Shown one piece after another: positions 18,675 through 26,885 of a stretch of DNA of 64,000 nucleotides (position 1 is its first letter; each line of letters begins with the position of its first letter). A program made the position numbers and the translations under genes. Below the pieces are notes generated by a model. It was given only the letters and a program-made list of their open reading frames with translations. It was not told where the DNA came from and ran no database searches. Source of the DNA: Sphingomonadales bacterium (GTDB taxonomy: Bacteria > Pseudomonadota > Alphaproteobacteria > Sphingomonadales > Sphingomonadaceae); assembly GCA_031418495.1 (NCBI GenBank), contig JANOXQ010000121.1, positions 1,858 to 65,857 of the forward strand, given 5' to 3'.

Positions 18675-18852
18675 CCCCTTTCAAAAAACGTCGGAAATCT
18701 CAGGAAGTTGACACTGAGTCCGTGTATTCGTTTAGCCCACACGATTTGAAAAAATAGCGAAACCGATCTGCCACGGCAACGCAGTGACGAGGGCAAGTAA
18801 GGGATGGTAGCAGCAATCATGATAGGAACATATCATGAATATTGGATGTAGG
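18675..18852 (-). repeat. dispersed ~180-bp LexA-box element, copy 1
   Basis: Alignable over its whole length with 41163-41342. Plus strand shows CCCCTTTCAAAAAA..TCAGGAAGTTGACACTGA..GAACATATCATGAAT..TGTAGG. Confidence 0.8.
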
Positions 18853-19070
18853 GAAGACGTTTGGTTGGCGGCCTTGTTGTAGGGGGCTGACTGGCTGGTT
18901 TGCCGCTCCCTAATTCATTTCACATCCAAACATGAGGCTGTCCTTTGCTTGAAAACGGGATGAGTTACCCTTCGCCGAGGGCGTTGGTAGTGAAGCGGTG
19001 TAACAATAATCGGATGATCGGTGAATCTGGCGATTGCAGCTTTCCCTCGCTTCGCTGTAGTATAGGTAGG

Positions 19071-20075
19071 GTGGAAATCGTACCTTGCATCTACTGCGAC
19101 GAAACCGATCCGTTCAGATTTTCGGGTCGGGAGCACGTTGTTCCCCAAGCCTTCGGGAAATTTGGCAGCAAAACTCCTACGCTCAAATGCGTATGCGATG
19201 GATGCAATGCTATATTTGGAAGAGAACTCGATCAAATTCTCGCGCGTGACACGTTGGAGGGCATGTTACGCTACAATCAAGGCAAGCGCTCGACCGAAAA
19301 AAGGGCACAACGTCGGTTGCGGATCACACTTGCGGACGAAAGCGAGGCTGAAGGGTTTGTAGGCGCCGTGCTGGAAGGTGTTGACCCGACCAATCTTCAG
19401 CTCATGCCGTTAGCCACCCAGTTACAGATCAAAAATCTGACGACAGGAGAGACGGAGATATTTAAGCGCGCGGAACTCGGGAAATTTGCTCTGCCAGCGG
19501 ACACATTTGGGAAACCGGGGGAGCGCGAACTCGTCGTATACGCCCCTACCAAGGAAGAACACGATGCGTTCATTGTTGAGCTTAATCTTGCAGGATTCGA
19601 TATGCGCATGGATGGAGCATCAATCAGTGGTATTACGCCTTCTATAGATGCAAATGGGGCCGAGACACTCGGTGTCCATGTTGAAGCTACGTTTGATCAA
19701 CTGCACCGACGGGCATTGGCAAAAATCCTCGTTAATTTTGCTGCATACTATCTGGGGATAGCTACGGTAAATTCCTTTGAGTGGACGCCACTCAAGCGGT
19801 TTGTTCGTTACGCAGAAGGCTCATTGGGAGCTAGGCTCTCAAAGAAGCCGTTCTGGACGGGGCAAGAAACCGACAGTTTGCGCTTCCCAGACGCGATAAA
19901 CATTAGACTGGAAAACCACGAAAAGGGGATTGTAGGGGTTATCCAGTTTTATAACCAGATCACATATGAGCTACTGCTAGTTGAGGGCCACTCCTTAGTT
20001 AGGGAAATGGCGGCTCGATTTGAGATTGGCAAAGAACCTACACTCGGCGAGCGGCGACCACGAACATTGATATAA
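19071..20075 (+). CDS. HNH endonuclease domain protein (accessory, candidate defence)
   Basis: CIYC..EHVVPQAFG..VCDGCNAIFG zinc-finger HNH signature at the N-terminus. GTG 19071 is the likely start; the ORF track starts at 18945. Confidence 0.75.
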   Translation: MEIVPCIYCDETDPFRFSGREHVVPQAFGKFGSKTPTLKCVCDGCNAIFGRELDQILARDTLEGMLRYNQGKRSTEKRAQRRLRITLADESEAEGFVGAVLEGVDPTNLQLMPLATQLQIKNLTTGETEIFKRAELGKFALPADTFGKPGERELVVYAPTKEEHDAFIVELNLAGFDMRMDGASISGITPSIDANGAETLGVHVEATFDQLHRRALAKILVNFAAYYLGIATVNSFEWTPLKRFVRYAEGSLGARLSKKPFWTGQETDSLRFPDAINIRLENHEKGIVGVIQFYNQITYELLLVEGHSLVREMAARFEIGKEPTLGERRPRTLI

Positions 20076-20182
20076 TATCTTGAACTGGTGGCTCCGTGAA
20101 AGCTGAAAATAAACGTCCGCTTTTGCTGGTGAACGATTGAGCATCCATTGGCTAAAAACTTGTCGCAACTTGCTTCCCCTTA

Positions 20183-20285
20183 CCGTCGCCCCGCACGTGA
20201 TGCGGGGCTGGGCTTTCCTTATTGGCTGCACTGATCAAAATAGTTGGGGAGTTAGCCAAGCCCCGTGTCGAGCACGGGGCGACGG
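20183..20285. repeat. CGTC-type REP doublet downstream of the HNH gene
   Basis: CCGTCGCCCCGCACGTGATGCGGGGC and GCCCCGTGTCGAGCACGGGGCGACGG in inverted orientation. Confidence 0.8.
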
Positions 20286-20363
20286 GGGTTTTGGGCGTCG
20301 CAGGTTGATTTTTGAACGACTGGAATTTCGTCGCATTTCCCACAAACCAACACGGTCATTTCA

Positions 20364-20594
20364 TCAAATCTGCCCGTTTGCCACAAGCTGCCCCAACACC
20401 GCGTTGACGCGGGTTTGCCATCCGGGGCCGCTGCCGCGCAGATGCTCAACAGTGTTGGCGTCGAGCCGGATTTTTACCTCTACCTTGGGTGCTTCCAGTT
20501 TGGGACGCCCGCGCCGGGATGGCTTCATTCCCGCCAGAAAGTCCGCACTTAGGGGCGGATTATCATCGTGAATCTTTGGGTCAAACTTGTCCAT
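20364..20594 (-). CDS. BrnA-family antitoxin (orphan)
   Basis: DDNPPL..RGRPK..KVEVKIRLD..VEHLRGSGPGWQTRVNAVL motif; no BrnT gene upstream. Confidence 0.85.
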   Translation of the reverse strand: MDKFDPKIHDDNPPLSADFLAGMKPSRRGRPKLEAPKVEVKIRLDANTVEHLRGSGPGWQTRVNAVLGQLVANGQI

Positions 20595-20602
20595 AATAAA
20601 CC

Positions 20603-20938
20603 TCATTTCATGTTTTTCCGCCCCACCCCCGCATCAAACACCGCCATCTCATACGCAATCGAGCTTTCCACCAGCATTTCCCACATCGCGGCGACGAGTG
20701 GTTCGGGTACGCCGGCTTCCCTTGCCGCGTCCTTCGCCGCTGCGATTACACTTGCCTTGCGGTCTTCGTCGCGGACGGCGGCGCGGTCGGTTTTGATGCG
20801 GGCGGCGGCGCGCATGTAGGCGAAGCGCTGCCCCAACAGTGCCACGATCTGCGCGTCTACCGCGTCCACACCGGCGCGGACTTGGGTCATGTTTGTGCAG
20901 GTTTCGGGGGCCAAGAAATGAGAGGATGTCGTCGTCAT
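20603..20938 (-). CDS. chorismate mutase (AroQ type) family protein
   Basis: VRAGVDAVDAQIVALLGQRFAYMRAAARIK..VRDEDR..LVESSIAYE. Confidence 0.88.
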   Translation of the reverse strand: MTTTSSHFLAPETCTNMTQVRAGVDAVDAQIVALLGQRFAYMRAAARIKTDRAAVRDEDRKASVIAAAKDAAREAGVPEPLVAAMWEMLVESSIAYEMAVFDAGVGRKNMK

Positions 20939-21837
20939 AATGCGGTTGCCTCAATATGGTCAATTTGCGCGGGCTTTTGCCGCGCGGCGATGATGCAGCC
21001 GGTGACGATCAGCGCGGTGCCAAGGATCGTTGGCAGCGTCACCGCCTCCTCAAAAAACCACCAGCCAAAGATCGCGGCCCAGATGAACGCGGTATATTCA
21101 ACCGCAACCAGCACCTGCGCCTCGGCGCGCGCATAGGCCCATGACAGCAGCGAAAGCGAAATGAGCGCGAGCATTGCGCTGCCAGTGAGCGCGGGCAAAT
21201 GATGGGCGGCTGGCACGACCGCAAACCAAGGTGCTGCAAGCGCGAGCGCGCTCGCCGCGATCAGGCTTTGGAAAAATGCGATTTCGGCGGGCTTGGCGAC
21301 CTGCGCCTGTTGCCGCTGGAGGATCAGATTGTAAGAATACAGCACCGCCGAGAGGAAAATCGCGGCGACGCCCCATTTCGCGTCCTCGGTGAAGGTGCCA
21401 CCCATCTTGCCACCAAGAATCACCAGCACGCCCGCGATGCCAAGCAGTGAGGCGAGGATGGCGCTCCGCCCAATGGTTTCCTTGAGCAGTACAGCGGCAA
21501 GATACAGCGTGATCAGCGGCGCAATGAACGACAGCGCGACGGCCTCGGCCAGCGGCACCCGCGCCAACCCCCAGAAAAACAGCGTCGCCATCGCAGCGGC
21601 TAGGAATCCCCGAATGACATGGATCTTGAGCGTCGAACGCGGCGGCAGCGGCATCCGCAACGCGAAGAACACCGCCCCACCAATCACCGCACCAATCATG
21701 CAACGCCACAGCATCGCATTGTACGCGCCAATCGCGATCGACAGATCCTTCATCAGCACGTCCATCACCGAGAAAAACGCAATGCCGAGTGTGGCCGTGG
21801 CGAACGGGATCGCGGGATTAAGGACGGGTTTGGACAT
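20935..21837 (-). CDS. DMT (EamA) family transporter
   Basis: About 10 TM helices; FIAPL..LKETIG and EYTAFIWAAIFGWWFFEE motifs. Confidence 0.88.
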   Translation of the reverse strand: MSKPVLNPAIPFATATLGIAFFSVMDVLMKDLSIAIGAYNAMLWRCMIGAVIGGAVFFALRMPLPPRSTLKIHVIRGFLAAAMATLFFWGLARVPLAEAVALSFIAPLITLYLAAVLLKETIGRSAILASLLGIAGVLVILGGKMGGTFTEDAKWGVAAIFLSAVLYSYNLILQRQQAQVAKPAEIAFFQSLIAASALALAAPWFAVVPAAHHLPALTGSAMLALISLSLLSWAYARAEAQVLVAVEYTAFIWAAIFGWWFFEEAVTLPTILGTALIVTGCIIAARQKPAQIDHIEATAL

Positions 21838-21875
21838 CGACGCTGCTTTAGCGAAGGCGGGCGTTACTGCCAGCC

Positions 21876-22934
21876 TTAAAATGCACCCGCTGGCGTCAGC
21901 GCCGCGCGCGCCTCCGCCGTGTTATCGCTGAACAGCCCATCAACGCCCGCCGCAACGAACGCCTTGATTTCGGCGGCAAGATCACCCGGCTTGGTTGGAT
22001 CAGCGCCAGCCTTTTGTCCGGTGGGCAGGAAATAATTCTCGCGCCGGAATGTCCAGGGGTGAACCGCCAGCCCCGCCGCATGAGCATCACGCACGAGCAT
22101 CGTCGGTTTGCCAAGCGCGCCGCTTTTATCGCGTGGGATGATCAGCGCTTTGTTCGGGCCAATCCCGTCAGCATATTTGGCCACTGCCTTTAAGCCCTGC
22201 GGCGTGATGATATCGGTATAGCGCACAGTCGGCGCGTCAGCAGGGCCGCCCTCGGCATCAATGAGCTGGATCAGCCGCAGCTTGGTCTTGCCGCGCAGTG
22301 CCCGCAAATTGCCGACTTCAAAGCTTTGGATAAACACGAGATCGTCGCGCTTGCTATAGCCAAAGCGCGTCAGGCTGGCGAGCAATGCGGCCTCATGCGG
22401 CAGGCCGATCTGCGTGAAATAGGTCGGGTGTTTGGTTTCGGGATAAACGCCAATCCGCCGCTTGAGCTTTGCCTCATTGGTTTTGATCAGTTCCAATATC
22501 TCATCAAAGGTCGGCACGGCAAATTGCCCGTCATAGGCCGTGTTGGCGGGGCGAAGCTGCGGCAGCCGCTCCTTGGCACGCAGCGTCTTGAGTTCGGCGA
22601 GCGTGAAATCTTCGGTGAACCATCCCGTCTTTGCCTCGCCGTCAATCGTCTTGGTGCTTTTCCGCGCCGCGAACTCAGGCCGCGCAGACACGTCGGTCGT
22701 TTCCGAAATCTCATTCTCATGCCGCGCAACGAGAGCCCCGTCCTTGGTCAGCACCAGATCAGGCTCGATGAAATCCGCCCCCTGATCAATCGCAAGCTGA
22801 TAGCTTGCCAGCGTATGTTCGGGCCGCTCACCCGATGCGCCGCGATGCGCGATGAGAATAAGTGAGGCCACAGGGATATCCTTTGCCATGAGGGGCGTTG
22901 CGACGAGCGCGAGAAAGAGCCAGCCGAAACGCAT
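21876..22934 (-). CDS. glycerophosphodiester phosphodiesterase (GlpQ-like, secreted)
   Basis: IAHRGASGERPEHTLASY, IEPDLVLTKDG, ETKHP and IQSFE motifs; signal peptide; ATG 22934. Confidence 0.92.
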   Translation of the reverse strand: MRFGWLFLALVATPLMAKDIPVASLILIAHRGASGERPEHTLASYQLAIDQGADFIEPDLVLTKDGALVARHENEISETTDVSARPEFAARKSTKTIDGEAKTGWFTEDFTLAELKTLRAKERLPQLRPANTAYDGQFAVPTFDEILELIKTNEAKLKRRIGVYPETKHPTYFTQIGLPHEAALLASLTRFGYSKRDDLVFIQSFEVGNLRALRGKTKLRLIQLIDAEGGPADAPTVRYTDIITPQGLKAVAKYADGIGPNKALIIPRDKSGALGKPTMLVRDAHAAGLAVHPWTFRRENYFLPTGQKAGADPTKPGDLAAEIKAFVAAGVDGLFSDNTAEARAALTPAGAF

Positions 22935-22935
22935 C

Positions 22936-23277
22936 CTAGCCAAATACCGAGGCATAAGCATCAGGCTTAAACCCTACGAGCAGCTTGCCCGCGCCTTCAA
23001 GCACCGGGCGTTTGATCATCGACGGCTGCGCCACCATCAGCGCGATGGCCTTGCCTGCGTCAATATCCTGCTTATCCGCCTCGGGGAGCGCTTTGAAGGT
23101 GGTGCCCGCGCGGTTGAGGATCACATTCCAGCCCATTTCATTGCACCATGCGCGCAGCTTCACCGTGTCCGCACCCTGCTTTTTATAATCATGAAACGTA
23201 TAAGCCACGCCGTGCGCATCAAGCCAGACGCGCGCCTTCTTCACCGTATCGCAATTAGGGATGCCGTAGAGGATCAT
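22936..23277 (-). CDS. ArsC/Spx-like (YffB) family protein
   Basis: LYGIPNCDTVKKAR, NRAGTTF and PSMIKRPVLE motifs. Confidence 0.9.
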   Translation of the reverse strand: MILYGIPNCDTVKKARVWLDAHGVAYTFHDYKKQGADTVKLRAWCNEMGWNVILNRAGTTFKALPEADKQDIDAGKAIALMVAQPSMIKRPVLEGAGKLLVGFKPDAYASVFG

Positions 23278-23663
23278 GCTGCTGCCCGTAATGCTGTCAC
23301 TTCAATCTCAACCTTCATTTCGGGGCGGATCAACCCCGCCACGATCAGCGCAGTCGCCGCCGGGCGGATGTCGCCAAACTTCTCACCCAATATCGGCGCA
23401 ATTATATCGTGATATTCTGCCTTTGTGACATAATAAGTCACGCGCACAACATCAGACAGCGCAAAGCCAGCCTTGGCGAGCGCGGTTTCAATAATATTGA
23501 AGGCATTGCGCGTCTGATCGCGGACATCATCGGTAAAAATCTGGGTCGCGGGGTCTGGCCCGGTGGTGCCCGCAACAAAGCACCAATCCCCCTGAACCAC
23601 GGCGCGGCTATACCCCACCTGTTTTTCAAAGGGAGAGCCGGAGGAAATGAGTGTTCGAGTCAT
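23274..23663 (-). CDS. RidA family protein
   Basis: SSGSPFEKQVGYSRAV, RPAAT and KVEIEVTA motifs. Confidence 0.9.
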   Translation of the reverse strand: MTRTLISSGSPFEKQVGYSRAVVQGDWCFVAGTTGPDPATQIFTDDVRDQTRNAFNIIETALAKAGFALSDVVRVTYYVTKAEYHDIIAPILGEKFGDIRPAATALIVAGLIRPEMKVEIEVTALRAAA

Positions 23664-23672
23664 GACGGTTCC

Positions 23673-23888
23673 TTATTTATAATTTTCGCGGCGATCACCA
23701 AAATCACGTACCCGCTTTCGCCACGCGCGGTAACTCCCCGCTTTCAAATGCGCGCGCATGATCGCCTTCACTTGATCAGGCGTCGCCCCGTGCTGATCCT
23801 TGATCACCGCGAAACTGACATGATCACTGAGTGCCATTTCAATGATTTCGCTGAGCGCTGCGGGGGATGGAGTGGAGGGCTTAGGCAC
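23673..23888 (-). CDS. TIGR03643/DUF2805 family small protein
   Basis: IIEMALSDHVSF..VKAIMRAHLKAGSYRAWRKRV pattern. Confidence 0.75.
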   Translation of the reverse strand: MPKPSTPSPAALSEIIEMALSDHVSFAVIKDQHGATPDQVKAIMRAHLKAGSYRAWRKRVRDFGDRRENYK

Positions 23889-24066
23889 CCGGCTGCGCTA
23901 CTATCATAGTCCAGCTTTTACCAGAGGTAAGCCGCGTCATCAAGAGATTGCCATCGGCTGTTTCAGCAACATCAAACTTTTCCCCCGGCAAAAACCTATA
24001 ATGTGCTCGCACCGAAGCAGGGATGGTAAAGCGACCGCGCTTTGTGATGTTGATTGAGAAGTTCAT
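23881..24066 (-). CDS. AbrB/MazE/SpoVT-like DNA-binding small protein
   Basis: ITKRGRFTIPASVRAHYRFLPGEKF swapped-hairpin signature; ATG 24066. Confidence 0.6.
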   Translation of the reverse strand: MNFSINITKRGRFTIPASVRAHYRFLPGEKFDVAETADGNLLMTRLTSGKSWTMIVAQPGA

Positions 24067-24077
24067 GATGGTTGCCT

Positions 24078-25592
24078 TTACGTTGCCGCAATATAAGCAC
24101 GCATTACACCTCGTAGTAAAATCAAACTCATGCGTTCCAACCGCAGTTGGTTGGTTTCTGAAATTTGCTGATGTGCGTTGCCACGGATTGCGTGACAAAT
24201 CGCAAGGTCGCTTGCGATTTCGACTGCCTCTCCCAAGCCTTGCTTGGACTCAAACCAATCCAAATCGATCACACCCTTCTGGTAAGCAATGTTACGATAG
24301 CTCTGGTTTTTAAGCAACTTCCCGACCTCGGAATTTGAAGGCCAAATCTGTTTGAACTTTTCATAGAGTTGCTGCCTTGGGTGAACCCCGCGCTTTACCA
24401 GCAAAGCGCCCGCAAAATGCTCCACGCTAAGTGCCATTCCCTGAAGATAGCTTCGCATCACAACGAGTCGATTGGGATCAACAGAAAAGATGCGCTTATT
24501 GAAAGCGCGCCAGTGCCAGTAAAATCCTTCAAGACCGTTAGCTTCAACGAAATCCAAAAACTCGCTTACCTGTTCTGCCGAAAAATCGGCTCGGAGCAGC
24601 GCCGCAGGACTCGAGAAGCTAGAGAATAGACGCTCAGCACTTTCGCGCCACTCTGAAGCCCAGTTTCGATATATGACTCTGAGGGTTGGTTTGAAATTGC
24701 CTGATACCCTACCGACATCTTCGACGACTTGTTCAAACTCAACGCTTTGCACTTTTCGAGCAAGAATAATTGTCTGCGACAAAACTGATTTATAGGCTTC
24801 CGCTAATATCGGTCGCCCCAGATAATCCCATTCAGACCAGCGACAGGCGAGAAATTTTGCGAGAGTGATTAAGCGCTCATATGTTACGTTAAATTTTGAG
24901 CGACAGGCGTCGGTAACCGCCTTGCTACGATGCTCTATTTCTTCACTTTGCTCTCCCGTCAACAGTCGTCTACGTGAGTCTAAACCTATTACAAAAAGAT
25001 AGTTATTGTCATACTCATCTGCATAATGCGTAACTGCATTCAACATCGATTCATGCTCTTTGAATTTCGCTAGCGTATAATTGCTACCGCCTGCTCCAGA
25101 TTCCAAAAATTGTAGCAACTGCCAACTGCTGTAGTAAACTCTCACATTTTTAGGCTGCCAATCTGGGCCATCGTCACAATCCACCCTTACCCGATATACC
25201 CTCCAAGGCTTAAATTTGGTCAATTGCGGGTCTGATATGAATGGCAGCCATTCGGGCTTGGGTGCATCAAGTGGAAATGGCACTTGCAATGGATCATCGC
25301 CAAAAATTCCGCGCGAGGCGCCGTCATATAGCGCTTTCTCAAGATTATATGCAGCTCTCCAACGCTGGGTGTCACGTTCAAGCACCCCCTTTGGAACCCA
25401 GCCATAATTTGAATTCTCTGATAACCAGCGCCGCTCAACAGCCGCTGGATAAATTATTCTTGTGTGTGGGACAAGAATACGTTCCTTCTCAAGATATTCA
25501 AGTTCTCGCGCATTAACGTTGCCAGATCTTAAACGGAGTTTTGATAGCGCTTCCAAAAACTCTTTGGCGTTCAAATATCGTGAGTGCTTCAT
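24078..25592 (-). CDS. 504-aa accessory hypothetical protein (possible N-terminal MerR-like HTH, C-terminal HEPN-like region)
   Basis: Long ORF with visibly AT-richer codon use; ELEYLEKERILVP near the N-terminus; SVEHF..AIRGNAH near the C-terminus. Confidence 0.6.
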   Translation of the reverse strand: MKHSRYLNAKEFLEALSKLRLRSGNVNARELEYLEKERILVPHTRIIYPAAVERRWLSENSNYGWVPKGVLERDTQRWRAAYNLEKALYDGASRGIFGDDPLQVPFPLDAPKPEWLPFISDPQLTKFKPWRVYRVRVDCDDGPDWQPKNVRVYYSSWQLLQFLESGAGGSNYTLAKFKEHESMLNAVTHYADEYDNNYLFVIGLDSRRRLLTGEQSEEIEHRSKAVTDACRSKFNVTYERLITLAKFLACRWSEWDYLGRPILAEAYKSVLSQTIILARKVQSVEFEQVVEDVGRVSGNFKPTLRVIYRNWASEWRESAERLFSSFSSPAALLRADFSAEQVSEFLDFVEANGLEGFYWHWRAFNKRIFSVDPNRLVVMRSYLQGMALSVEHFAGALLVKRGVHPRQQLYEKFKQIWPSNSEVGKLLKNQSYRNIAYQKGVIDLDWFESKQGLGEAVEIASDLAICHAIRGNAHQQISETNQLRLERMSLILLRGVMRAYIAAT

Positions 25593-25768
25593 TTATTTAA
25601 GATGGCATTCCAAACTCAGATTACAATCGTCATTCAAACCCACCCAGTCTAAAATTAACATGTTTGCACCCCCTCCCTATTATCCAACTGACTCACATAA
25701 GGGCACGAAGGCGATGCGCTGATCCTGCATATGCTTTGCAAGCCTATCGCCGGAGCAGAAATCACTTT

Positions 25769-25965
25769 CCTACAGGCTTTTGTTCATGATATGTTCGCAT
25801 GATGATAGTGCATCTCAACATATCGCTCATACATCCGCTTGGGCCATCTGCGGCGCGCTTTGCTCTTTCGCATCGTCATTTTGCCACAGCGCGCGGGGTG
25901 TGCGGGAATAGTGTTTTGGTGAGACTTTAGTGTGACTTTCTGAACGGATGTTCATCTTGGAAATA
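25769..25965 (+). repeat. dispersed LexA-box element, copy 2 (diverged)
   Basis: CCTACA-N7-GTTCATGATATGTTC (perfect GTTC-N7-GTTC at 25782-25796) ... GACTTTAGTGTGACTTTCTGAAC. Confidence 0.65.
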
Positions 25966-25970
25966 GCAAT

Positions 25971-26060
25971 CTTCGCGCCTCCCGCGCCTTCGCGTGAACC
26001 CTTGCACCCTCAAGGCGCGCGGCGCGGCCTGATTTATCTCACGCAAAGAGGCGAAGAAGA
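25971..26060. repeat. ~90-bp hairpin element with CTTCGCG arms, copy 2
   Basis: Arms and spacer (AACCCTTGCACCCTCAAGGCGCGCGGCGCGGCCTG) are homologous to 18555-18647; a further CTTCGTG-arm pair lies at about 26090-26190. Confidence 0.8.
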
Positions 26061-26189
26061 AAGGCCAGTTTTGGATGTAAAATACCCTCCTCTTCGTGCC
26101 CTTCGTGTCTTCGTGTCTTCGTGTGAACCAAAGCCACGTCTTCTGCGTACTCAAACCTGATTTAATGACTCACACGAAGCCACGAAGGC

Positions 26190-26290
26190 CTGTGCTTTCA
26201 CATCGTCAATTTCGCCTTTCCGGCAAGGCGCGCGGATATATGGATTCAGTCTCAACTTCCTGAGCTTTCCGCCATTTTTTGAAAGGAGCA
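26190..26290 (+). repeat. 5'-truncated copy of the dispersed element (no LexA box)
   Basis: GATTCAGTCTCAACTTCCTGAGCTTTCCGCCATTTTTTGAAAGG matches the conserved end of copies 1 and 3. Confidence 0.75.
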
Positions 26291-26300
26291 TAGCTAGAGA

Positions 26301-26456
26301 ATGACCGCAAATCCTCTCGCGACCCAGCTCATCACATGGCTCAAAACACTGCCACAGCAAAGGCGTCAGTCGGTCACATGTGATAATCTTGTCCTGAGCG
26401 CCTGCAAGGCAGTCGAAGGGGGAACCGAGTTCGCTCAGCATACCGCCCCTAACTAA
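26301..26456 (+). CDS. putative 51-aa peptide (MTANPLATQLITWLKTLPQQRR...), copy 2 of the 67-bp repeat
   Basis: GAAAGGAG upstream of ATG 26301; first 22 codons are shared with 16734 with only synonymous changes; below the ORF-track cutoff. Confidence 0.4.
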   Translation: MTANPLATQLITWLKTLPQQRRQSVTCDNLVLSACKAVEGGTEFAQHTAPN

Positions 26457-26877
26457 ACAGCGGTTTTAGCCAGTCTGTCAGCGTCGCAATCTGCGCACCG
26501 TCAAGAGCGACGGCCTGCCCAAGATCGGGCAGCTTTGGCCAGCCATGATCTTCAAAGCTAACGCAATCATGCGCCCGCGTGCCTGAATAGCGCGGGATGA
26601 CATGATAATGGACGTGCGGATCAACCATCATCAGCATCAGATAATTGAGTTTTTCATGCGCAACTGCAGCCGTGAGCGCGGTCTCTATCGCGCGGCTGAC
26701 CAGCGCCAGTTCGGCAAACGCCGCATCGGGCAAATCGGCAAAGGCGGTCACATCTGATTTCGCCGCGAGGACCAGCGAGCCGAGCGTAGGCTGCGCTGGG
26801 CGAAGCAGCACCAGCCAATGGTCAAATTCTTCAATCAACGTTTCGGGATAACCGAATTTGCGAACAGTCTCGTTCAT
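26449..26877 (-). CDS. HIT family protein
   Basis: LMLMMVDPHVHYHVIPRY histidine triad; ATG 26877. Confidence 0.9.
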   Translation of the reverse strand: MNETVRKFGYPETLIEEFDHWLVLLRPAQPTLGSLVLAAKSDVTAFADLPDAAFAELALVSRAIETALTAAVAHEKLNYLMLMMVDPHVHYHVIPRYSGTRAHDCVSFEDHGWPKLPDLGQAVALDGAQIATLTDWLKPLFS

Positions 26878-26885
26878 ACCCGCGT

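Noticed and set aside
18555-26190. CTTCGCG / CTTCGTG tandem arms as CRISPR or coding repeats
   Set aside because: They are 7-9 bp units in inverted pairs in intergenic DNA; ORFs crossing them (18448-18684, 18593-18820, 25927-26154, 25948-26160) are low-complexity and not conserved between copies.
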